Source: a candidate division WOR-3 bacterium (lineage in GTDB: Bacteria > Hydrothermota > Tepidihabitantia > SM23-42 > JAOAFX01). From it: DNA of 29,317 bases. The position numbers and the translations under genes are program-made. The stretch spans positions 1-29,317 of the forward strand of contig JBDRWI010000026.1 of NCBI GenBank assembly GCA_039802265.1. Reading direction: 5' to 3'. Position 1 is the first letter of the stretch; every line of letters starts with the position of its first letter. The notes under the pieces are model-generated. The model was not told the DNA's origin and searched no databases. It saw only the letters and a list, made by a program, of their open reading frames with translations. Positions 18,767 to 26,378 of the stretch are shown piece by piece.

Positions 18767-20041
18767 ATGCCTACCGTTGCCATTGTGGGTAGAAAGAACG
18801 TCGGGAAGTCTTCAATCTTCAACCGTCTGCTTGGAAAGAGATTGAGTATCGTTCATTCAGAGCCGGGGATTACCCGCGACCGGGTATATGGTGAGGTAAC
18901 TTGGTGCGGTAGGAGATTTAATCTCATTGATACTGGAGGTTTCTTCCCTCAGGAAGATAACATCCTTGCCGCCAAGATTACCCGCCAGATTGAACTTGCC
19001 CTGAAGGAGGCAGATTTAATATATTTCGTTGTTGACGCCAAGGCAGGTCTTTTAGTTACGGATGAACTTATCGGGAGTTATCTGAGGAGATTGAACAAAA
19101 AGATATTCCTTTTGATAAATAAAGTTGATAACCGTAATGATACCTTAAAAACTATGGAATTTTCCAAACTGGGAATTACCGATTTATTCAATGTCTCGGC
19201 TGAGGCAGGAATAGGATTTGGAGAGGTCCTGGATGAAACAATCAAGAATCTTCCGGAGACAGAGACAGTAAGAGAAAAGAAGTGCCTTAGACTTCTTATT
19301 CTTGGCCGACCCAATGCTGGTAAATCAACCCTTTTAAATACGATTCTCAATCAGGAAAGGGCAGTGGTTGATGAACGACCGGGAACTACCCGAGATTTAT
19401 TAAATGCGCGTTTTGTTCATAGAAATAAAGAATTTGAAATCATTGATACCTGCGGTCTAAAAAAAACATCGGCGATAAGAAACCCGATAGAATTCTATTC
19501 GGTAATGCGGGTCATGCGGGTAATTGATGAAGTTGATGTAGCTGTGATTGTCTTTGATGTCTTGCAGGGTGTGGTAAGGGAAGATTTAAGAATTGCCTCA
19601 CTGGTTTTGTCAAAACAAAAGGGAATGGTAATTGCACCCAACAAGATAGACCTGCTCAAGAAGGTATCATTGACCTCGGTAATATCTGCGGTACGCAATT
19701 CCTTCTATTTTATTGATTTCGTGCCTATTGTTCCAATTTCTGCAAAAGATAATATCGGAATTGATAAACTCCTCAATACCTGTCTGGATGTCTATCTTGA
19801 AGCCGGGAAGGTTTTAGACCGAAAGACCCTGGAGGCAATCATTGTCAATCTCAAACCACCGTCTCAGGGTGAAGTGATAAAAATAAACCAGATTAAGAGC
19901 CGCCCTCCAATCTTTGAGGTGAGTATTACCGCGGAAGTAAGGGAGAATTACATAAAATACCTGCGCAATGTGATTCGTAACTACTTTGGATTTTGTGGTG
20001 TGCCGGTATTGATAAAGACAAGGGTGATTAAAAAAAGATGA
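18767..20041 (+). CDS. der: Ribosome biogenesis GTPase Der/EngA
   Basis: Two G domains (GRKNVGKS, PGITRD, DTGG, NKVD; GRPNAGKS, PGTTRD, DTCG, NKID) plus a KH-like tail. Confidence 0.96.
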   Translation: MPTVAIVGRKNVGKSSIFNRLLGKRLSIVHSEPGITRDRVYGEVTWCGRRFNLIDTGGFFPQEDNILAAKITRQIELALKEADLIYFVVDAKAGLLVTDELIGSYLRRLNKKIFLLINKVDNRNDTLKTMEFSKLGITDLFNVSAEAGIGFGEVLDETIKNLPETETVREKKCLRLLILGRPNAGKSTLLNTILNQERAVVDERPGTTRDLLNARFVHRNKEFEIIDTCGLKKTSAIRNPIEFYSVMRVMRVIDEVDVAVIVFDVLQGVVREDLRIASLVLSKQKGMVIAPNKIDLLKKVSLTSVISAVRNSFYFIDFVPIVPISAKDNIGIDKLLNTCLDVYLEAGKVLDRKTLEAIIVNLKPPSQGEVIKINQIKSRPPIFEVSITAEVRENYIKYLRNVIRNYFGFCGVPVLIKTRVIKKR

Positions 20042-20631
20042 TTATTAAGGTAATGGTTTCTCTTCTCATCGGCTTTATATTCGGGATGATACCTTTTTCC
20101 TACATTATTGGAAAGATAAAGGGGATCGATTTAAAAAGGTCCGGGAGTGGCAATATCGGGGCGACAAATCTCGGTCGGATTCTTGGTTTAAAATTTTTCA
20201 TACTTGGTTTTCTCCTTGATGGCGCAAAAGGATTGATTCCCGTTGTTATTGCCCACCAGGGGCAGTTAATGCCTGCCATTGCCGGTGTTGGGGCGATAGT
20301 TGGACATATCTTTAATCCACTGTTTAAATTTCGGGGCGGAAAGGGTGTCTCTACTACAATCGGTGTTATATCCGGAATTGTACCAAAACAATTTTTTATC
20401 TCTTTGGGTGCCTGGTTAATCGTCTATTTCTGCACCTTTATTGTATCCCTGGCGTCAATTACATTTGCAATAGTTCTTTTGTTTACTACACTGATTTCTG
20501 CTGATACAACTCAGATGGTGAAGGGTTTGATTCTATTGATAGTAGTTCTAATAATCATTGCTCATCGCTCAAATATAAAACGGTTGCTTAAAAAGACTGA
20601 GCCAAAGACAATCTTCTGGAGGAAAGGATGA
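20038..20631 (+). CDS. plsY: Glycerol-3-phosphate acyltransferase PlsY
   Basis: GSGNIGATN, LDGAKG, GH...FRGGKGVST and HRSNIKRL motifs; hydrophobic protein. Confidence 0.96.
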   Translation: MIIKVMVSLLIGFIFGMIPFSYIIGKIKGIDLKRSGSGNIGATNLGRILGLKFFILGFLLDGAKGLIPVVIAHQGQLMPAIAGVGAIVGHIFNPLFKFRGGKGVSTTIGVISGIVPKQFFISLGAWLIVYFCTFIVSLASITFAIVLLFTTLISADTTQMVKGLILLIVVLIIIAHRSNIKRLLKKTEPKTIFWRKG

Positions 20632-21617
20632 ATATTGCTATATTGGGCTGTGGGAACTGGGGGACAGTATTTGGTATCATTCAACACCGAAATTGCCACC
20701 GAATAAAAATCTGGGAATATGATAAAAAGAGGGCAATCTATGTTCAAAAGACCCGGGATAATCGTCCATTTCTTTTTGGTTACAAAATTCCTAAAGAAAT
20801 CCTTGTTGACTGGCAATTGGAGAATGTATTGAGAGACTGTGAACTTATAGTATTTGCCATACCCTGCCAGAAACTGCGTGGGGTATTGCAGGAGTTAAAG
20901 AAGTTGAAGACAAAAGATTGTATATTCTTGAGTTTAATAAAGGGAATTGAAATAAAAACTCTTCAATTGCCATCTGCTATCATAAAGAATGAATTGAAGA
21001 TTGAGGATTGCTATGTCCTTTCTGGACCCTCAATTGCCAATGAAGTCATCAGGGGTGAGCCGACCGCGGTTGTGCTTACCGGGAGAGAAAAAAAACAGGC
21101 GCTCAGACTCCAAAAGGCACTCTCTACTCCGAATTTAAGGATTTATTTCAATGCAGATTTAATAGGTGTTGAAATTGGTGGGGCGGTGAAAAATGTCTTG
21201 GCAATTGCGTGTGGCATAAGTGATGGTTTAGGATTGGGGAGTAATACCAAGGGTGCCCTGATTACCAGGGGAATTGTAGAAATACAGAGGCTGGGAATAA
21301 AAATGGGGGCACAGCCAAAGACATTCTGGGGACTTTCCGGGCTCGGTGATCTGGTGACAACATCCTTCAGCAGAGAATCACGCAATCACCAGTTTGGTTG
21401 GATGCTCGGTAGAGGCAAATGCCTTGCGGAGATAAAAAAGGAGATGGTAATGGTGGCTGAAGGGGTAACCACTGTCAAGGCTGTGATTAAACTCGCCCGT
21501 ATTTATAATATTGAAATGCCTATCTCACAGGAAGTTTATGAAGTTATTTATAAAAATAAATCACCAAAAGAGGCAATTAAGAGTTTAATGTCCAGACCCT
21601 TAAAGGAGGAAGGATGA
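20628..21617 (+). CDS. gpsA: NAD(P)H-dependent glycerol-3-phosphate dehydrogenase
   Basis: GCGNWGT, KGIE, LSGPSIA, GVEIGGAVKNV, GLSGLGDLVTT, SRN and VAEG motifs. Confidence 0.96.
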   Translation: MNIAILGCGNWGTVFGIIQHRNCHRIKIWEYDKKRAIYVQKTRDNRPFLFGYKIPKEILVDWQLENVLRDCELIVFAIPCQKLRGVLQELKKLKTKDCIFLSLIKGIEIKTLQLPSAIIKNELKIEDCYVLSGPSIANEVIRGEPTAVVLTGREKKQALRLQKALSTPNLRIYFNADLIGVEIGGAVKNVLAIACGISDGLGLGSNTKGALITRGIVEIQRLGIKMGAQPKTFWGLSGLGDLVTTSFSRESRNHQFGWMLGRGKCLAEIKKEMVMVAEGVTTVKAVIKLARIYNIEMPISQEVYEVIYKNKSPKEAIKSLMSRPLKEEG

Positions 21618-21946
21618 TGGAAAAAGAATTTTATTCAATAAAGGAAGTTGCGGAGATGCTGGGTCTTCCAGTCTATATACTCCGCTACTGGGAGAAGGAA
21701 TTTGCCATTTTAAAACCGAGGCGGAATCGTCTGGGCAGGAGGTTCTACACAAAAAGAGACATTGAAATCATCCGGTTGATAAAGGTAATTCTCTATGAAC
21801 AGGGTTATACTATCGCCGGGGCAAAGAAGAAACTTGCTACAATAAAAGAAGGACCTGAACAACTTGTTCTCCCCTTGCGGGATACAACGAAGATAATAAA
21901 GGAGGTAAAAAAAGAGTTGATGGAAATCAGCACCATGCTGGAGTGA
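21614..21946 (+). CDS. MerR-family HTH transcriptional regulator (small, no sensor domain)
   Basis: YSIKEVAEML.LP.YILRYWEKEF..LKP.R...GRRFY...DI...LYEQGYTIAGAKK. Confidence 0.9.
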   Translation: MMEKEFYSIKEVAEMLGLPVYILRYWEKEFAILKPRRNRLGRRFYTKRDIEIIRLIKVILYEQGYTIAGAKKKLATIKEGPEQLVLPLRDTTKIIKEVKKELMEISTMLE

Positions 21947-22010
21947 TGGGGTGGCAACTTAAATTGCATTTGAGCGAAATTCGTGAAAAGGAGTATGAAT
22001 AATCTTCTGG

Positions 22011-22038
22011 TTGACAGATTCTTTTTATTAGGTAAAAT
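22011..22038 (+). promoter_or_regulatory. sigma70-type promoter of the porV-like gene (apparently leaderless)
   Basis: TTGACA (22011-22016)-N16-TAAAAT (22033-22038); 7 nt to ATG 22046. Confidence 0.75.
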
Positions 22039-22045
22039 CACAAGT

Positions 22046-23065
22046 ATGAAGTTGAGAGCGCTATTGATTTTTATCTGTTTTGTTGGTTCATCCTATTCAG
22101 CCAGAAGACCAGGGGCAACATTTTTATTAATCCCTCCCACTGCCAGGGCAACCGGGATGGCATATGCCTGGACTGCCATTGCCAATGATGCCTCAGCAAA
22201 CTATTACAACGGTGCCGGACTTGGGTTTCAATATCTGCCGAATTTTAGTATAACCTATTTCAAATATCTACCCGGCTTCAAATCTGATATGAAGTATCTC
22301 TATCTTGCTGGTTCTTATCCTCTGATAAACTCTGCCTGGGGGTTTGATTTTATATATTTCACACTGGGTAAAACTCCTGTAATTGATTCTCAAGGGCGTT
22401 TTCTCGGTGAGTATATTATATGGCGTTCCGCAGTGAAACTGAATTATGCCCGAAGGATAGGTAACAATCTATCCCTGGGCTTTGGCGTTAAATATGTGTA
22501 TCAAAAATATGGACTATTTCGGTGGGACTGGTCTCCAAACTATCCCATATATACTGGATGGGACACCGGTGGCACTGGCTCTGCCTTCGGGTTTGATTTT
22601 AATTCTCTGGCGCGGATTTTGTCCAATCTATCCCTCGGTGCCGTCATTCATAATCTTGGTTCTATATCTTATACAGATGATGGTTCAAGCGCTCCCCTAC
22701 CCTGTTTATTAAGACTTGGCATCTGCTATATTCCGATGCAACTTGATAATCTTTCAATTATAATCTCCGCTGAGCTAACCAAAATTCTAACCGGAATGTT
22801 TGTTGACCAGACCAAATCATTTACCGAGAATTTAAAATATGAATTTGTTGAATCGGCTTGGAAGGGGATCGGTGGGGAGATTAATCTCGCCAGAGTTCTT
22901 GCCTTGCGCCTTGGCTATTTTTATGACTCTGAAGGTGCAAGAAAGGGAATAACATACGGTGGTGGCATTAAACTTGAGCGATTAGAGTTTGATATTGGGA
23001 TAGATGAGAAGATCTACGAATTTCCCACTCCAAACCGCAAGGTTTCGCTGACTTATTGTTTTTAA
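22046..23065 (+). CDS. PorV/PorQ family outer-membrane beta-barrel (T9SS shuttle-like)
   Basis: Signal peptide MKLRALLIFICFVGSSYSA; FLLIPPTARATGMA.A..AIANDA.A.YYN.AGL hatch motif; LRLGYFYD; terminal Phe. Start moved from 21983 to 22046. Confidence 0.85.
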   Translation: MKLRALLIFICFVGSSYSARRPGATFLLIPPTARATGMAYAWTAIANDASANYYNGAGLGFQYLPNFSITYFKYLPGFKSDMKYLYLAGSYPLINSAWGFDFIYFTLGKTPVIDSQGRFLGEYIIWRSAVKLNYARRIGNNLSLGFGVKYVYQKYGLFRWDWSPNYPIYTGWDTGGTGSAFGFDFNSLARILSNLSLGAVIHNLGSISYTDDGSSAPLPCLLRLGICYIPMQLDNLSIIISAELTKILTGMFVDQTKSFTENLKYEFVESAWKGIGGEINLARVLALRLGYFYDSEGARKGITYGGGIKLERLEFDIGIDEKIYEFPTPNRKVSLTYCF

Positions 23066-23079
23066 AAAAAGCCAGGATT

Positions 23080-23937
23080 TTACTGAATTATTATCTCTAT
23101 CTTTGAATATTTGGGCAATAAGCCGGGCGTGAACCGGGGTGCAGTCTTGATTGCCTTTTCCGGCAGGACCGTCCTTTTTACAATCTCCTGCATTATTACT
23201 TCGCCCCTTGTCTTTGCCAGTGTCTCATTTTCTGAAACGGAATATACGACAACCTCTTTTTTGAATCGCTCTTTGATAATGTTGGCAATTTCATCAATAT
23301 AGACATTTGCCTCCGGACCAAGGACTGAAGAGTTTTCATTAAAGAGGACACCGGATGAAATGGCAATAACCTTGCTCTGCTGTTCGTCATATACAATTCC
23401 ATTGAATTTATAGGAACGACCGGTAATCCTTGTTGGATTGCCAATGGCATCAAACGCAGTAAAGACATAATTATAGACCTCACCCATATTACACATCTCC
23501 CCGCTATCGGTTCGGCCATCCCACGCGATAGTCGGTGGAGGCAGTCCACGCTGGGAGTATTTTCTGACGACCTCGCCACTGGCATTGGTAATAACCAATT
23601 CCCAGGAGGAGACGGTCTTTTCAAATTTAGGAATGAATAAGGCAATACTGCCGTACATCAGCCTACCGACAAGCGGGACCCTGAGGTATTCGCTATGGAG
23701 GTAGAGGATTGGAGTATTTAAGGCATCAATTGTGTTATATAATTTATCATCAAAGATATATTTCTCCTGAGAGATTACCGAATCCAGTGGGGCAAAGCCA
23801 TTGAGAGCCGGTGATAGATATATCTTGGGTTCAGTTATCTTCATCTTCAATTCACCTTTTATTACCTCTTCACCAATCTCATGTTCACCCTTCTTTGCCT
23901 CTTGGGTAAGTAAGAAAAATATTAAAAATAGATTCAT
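23080..23937 (-). CDS. Exported protein with FlgD-like Ig module and degenerate OmpA-C-like domain
   Basis: Short hydrophobic N-terminus after a GAGGAG RBS; 'WELVI.N.SGEVVR.....P..IAWDGRTDSG...Y.Y...A.DA.GN'; then 'SGVLF..NSSVL.......IDEIA.II'. Last gene of the Ton operon. Confidence 0.55.
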   Translation of the reverse strand: MNLFLIFFLLTQEAKKGEHEIGEEVIKGELKMKITEPKIYLSPALNGFAPLDSVISQEKYIFDDKLYNTIDALNTPILYLHSEYLRVPLVGRLMYGSIALFIPKFEKTVSSWELVITNASGEVVRKYSQRGLPPPTIAWDGRTDSGEMCNMGEVYNYVFTAFDAIGNPTRITGRSYKFNGIVYDEQQSKVIAISSGVLFNENSSVLGPEANVYIDEIANIIKERFKKEVVVYSVSENETLAKTRGEVIMQEIVKRTVLPEKAIKTAPRFTPGLLPKYSKIEIIIQ

Positions 23938-23947
23938 AATCTTCTCC

Positions 23948-24856
23948 TCAGCCAAGGACAAACTTGAAGGTAATAATTCCCCATTGAACTTCCTGAACCA
24001 CATCCTTGGGCAGGGGCGCAAAGAGCCATTTCTTAATACTATTTACCACAGTCTGGTCAAGGTCAGGATAGCCAGAGGAGACCTCTATCCTGACATTCTC
24101 CCGAACACTGCCATCAGGATTTACATCCACCCTTATCTTTACTACACCGCAGATTCCCCTCTGGAGACACCAGGCTGGATACTGGGGGAGGAATTTTTTC
24201 AGAATTTCGCGATTGGCAATTGGACCCGCAAGGGAAATACTTGTTCCCTTTGTCTCTACCTTCAGTTTTTCTTCAACCTTTGCCTCAACCTGTTTGCCAA
24301 TCTGGGAGGTCGGGGTTGAGGGGGGTGGCTTCTTTTCAATTTTTATCGTTGGTGTCTGCGCCTGCCGACCTATACCACCTATCTGTCCGATTCCAACCCC
24401 ACCTTCACCACCTGCTCCGCGCGGTAGATTCTTTGCCAGGGAGATCGGTTTTTCCGCTAAGATTTCATCGGTTGATTTCATTGTGCCATTCTTTACACTG
24501 CCGATTTTTATTACTTCACCCACACCTTCAGTAGGTGCATATCGTTCAAGGTCAATCTTTGCCTGACTTCGGTCAAGTTTTACATTCAAGTCAATTGCGG
24601 GAGTGACAATATCACCACCGCCATAAGTTCCTGAAGAAGGGGCTGGTGTTTCACTGACCTCACCCCATATTGAACCTTTTGATACAACCTTGGCAACCTC
24701 AGGTCTATAAGATTGGTCAAGGAAGGTCACCTCTTTTATATCCTCATAACTTCCTAAGGAGGTAGAGCCACCCTTAGAGAAGAGGAGGAATAAGAGGATA
24801 TGGAAGACAATTGATATTGCAATCCCGAGGTCAAGTCTTTTATCCTTAAACATCAT
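23948..24856 (-). CDS. tonB: Energy transducer TonB family protein
   Basis: N-terminal TM with S-x3-H (SIVFH), Gly/Pro-rich linker, and TonB_C domain 'PQYP......GVV...V.V.PDGSV...SSGYPDLD......KKW.F.P'. Confidence 0.85.
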   Translation of the reverse strand: MMFKDKRLDLGIAISIVFHILLFLLFSKGGSTSLGSYEDIKEVTFLDQSYRPEVAKVVSKGSIWGEVSETPAPSSGTYGGGDIVTPAIDLNVKLDRSQAKIDLERYAPTEGVGEVIKIGSVKNGTMKSTDEILAEKPISLAKNLPRGAGGEGGVGIGQIGGIGRQAQTPTIKIEKKPPPSTPTSQIGKQVEAKVEEKLKVETKGTSISLAGPIANREILKKFLPQYPAWCLQRGICGVVKIRVDVNPDGSVRENVRIEVSSGYPDLDQTVVNSIKKWLFAPLPKDVVQEVQWGIITFKFVLG

Positions 24857-25245
24857 TCACCCTTTGGTTTTTTTGTTGCGCAGGCGATGCGCTTTGCCCC
24901 GGCCCGTTTAATCTTTGCCAGAATCTCCAGAACATCACGATGTAGTACACTTTTATCTGCCCTTATCACAAATAGTTGATAAGGGTCCTGGTTGACCGCC
25001 TCAGAAATGATACTCTCCAGATTTTCCGGTGCAATGGGCTGGTCATTAACAAAGAGTCGATTATCTGCAGTAAATGTAATCGTGAAGTTCTCCTCGGTCT
25101 TTGTCTCAGCGGTATGTGCCTTGGGAACCTCAACCGGGGTATTGGTATGGGTCATTGTCATTGGCGCGAGAACCATCATCATTAAAACGACCATCAAGGC
25201 AACCGCGGCCATTGGTAGAATTTCTACATTCTCCATCCTCTTCAT
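24853..25245 (-). CDS. exbD: ExbD/TolR family protein lacking the conserved TM Asp
   Basis: TM helix then 'VEVPKA', 'LFVND', 'IRADKSV....V..IL..IKRAG..RI'. The TM starts ILPMAAV where the family has xxPLIDV. Confidence 0.85.
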   Translation of the reverse strand: MKRMENVEILPMAAVALMVVLMMMVLAPMTMTHTNTPVEVPKAHTAETKTEENFTITFTADNRLFVNDQPIAPENLESIISEAVNQDPYQLFVIRADKSVLHRDVLEILAKIKRAGAKRIACATKKPKGE

Positions 25246-25655
25246 CTTCTACTCCTTAATAAGGCAAGTTCTCCTGCACCCTTCTGTTTTGCAAGGTCAA
25301 GGATTTGAATGACCCTTTCATAGGTTACTAAAGAATCGGTTGAGACAATTACCCTTCTTTCGAGACTGCGGGCAAGGAGCTGGGGAAGGAGTTCTTCCAA
25401 TCGTTCATAGCTTACCAATTCTTCATTTAATAATATACCGCCATCGTCTAAAAGATGAATATTCACCTTTATATCACTCACCTCAGTCGCACCACCCGTG
25501 GCAACACCAGGTGCATTTACAAATATCCCGGATTCAAAGAAGAGGGGAATTGCAACAATGAAACCGATTACCAAAGATAGTGCTATATCCACCAGGGAAT
25601 TGAGTATCAATCCCTGGGGTTCGGGCCCAAATTTTAAGCGCCTCTTCCTTCTCAT
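25242..25655 (-). CDS. exbD: ExbD/TolR family protein
   Basis: Basic N-terminus, TM with Asp (NSLVDIAL), periplasmic 'ILLNE...D..VTYERVIQILDLAKQ.G'. Confidence 0.88.
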   Translation of the reverse strand: MRRKRRLKFGPEPQGLILNSLVDIALSLVIGFIVAIPLFFESGIFVNAPGVATGGATEVSDIKVNIHLLDDGGILLNEELVSYERLEELLPQLLARSLERRVIVSTDSLVTYERVIQILDLAKQKGAGELALLRSRR

Positions 25656-25656
25656 C

Positions 25657-26364
25657 TTAGAATTTCCAGGATGTATCCTCTGGTGGTGGCGTAGGAGCTG
25701 GCTTCGGTGTCGCTATCGGATCAGGATTTACCGGGGCAGCCTTCTTCCTAAAATTTTCCAGCACCACAATCAGCCTGTCTGTTACTCCATCAAGGCTCAT
25801 TGCCAGTTCATTGCTCTTTTTTGTATAATAGTTGTAGAAGAATAGCGTTGGGATACCGATGAAAAGGCCGAATGCGGTGGTCAGCAGTGCCTCGGCAATA
25901 CCCGCAGAAATCACTGCTGGGCCACCAGAGCCGGTAATGGCAATATTGTGGAATGCCCTTATCAGTCCTGTAACAGTGCCTAATAGTCCCAATAGTGTTG
26001 CGGCATTAGCCAGTGTTCCCATCCCACCAAGATAACGGTCAAATTTTAGCTTCTCTTCAATGATATAACTTGATAAGACCTCATATAGACTATCCGCATC
26101 AAGGTGAGAATTCTGGAGGGCAACCGCAAACAATCCAAAGAGTGGATTTTTTTTCTGATTGGCATAGGCAAGTGCACCATTTAAGCCCTGACTTCTTAAG
26201 ACCTGACTGAATCGCAAAAAGCCAGTCCGTGAATCAAAGTTGTTTCTCACAAAATACAAGAAACGCTCAATTATTAAGGCGAGGGCAATTATTGAACAGA
26301 CAAGTAGAATCACCATCACAATACTACCCTTGAAGATATCAATTAATGGTTGACCAAGTATCAT
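25657..26364 (-). CDS. exbB: MotA/TolQ/ExbB proton channel family protein
   Basis: LLGLLGTVTGLIRAF and GIAEALLTTAFGLFIGIP motifs; AGGAGG RBS. Confidence 0.93.
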   Translation of the reverse strand: MILGQPLIDIFKGSIVMVILLVCSIIALALIIERFLYFVRNNFDSRTGFLRFSQVLRSQGLNGALAYANQKKNPLFGLFAVALQNSHLDADSLYEVLSSYIIEEKLKFDRYLGGMGTLANAATLLGLLGTVTGLIRAFHNIAITGSGGPAVISAGIAEALLTTAFGLFIGIPTLFFYNYYTKKSNELAMSLDGVTDRLIVVLENFRKKAAPVNPDPIATPKPAPTPPPEDTSWKF

Positions 26365-26378
26365 TCTTTAACCTCCTT

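Noticed and set aside
21983..22045. Track N-terminal extension of the porV-like gene
   Set aside because: It spans the promoter; the signal peptide begins at ATG 22046. The same logic applies to M23 (18716 versus 18692), and the 24021 start overlaps tonB whereas 23937 has an RBS.
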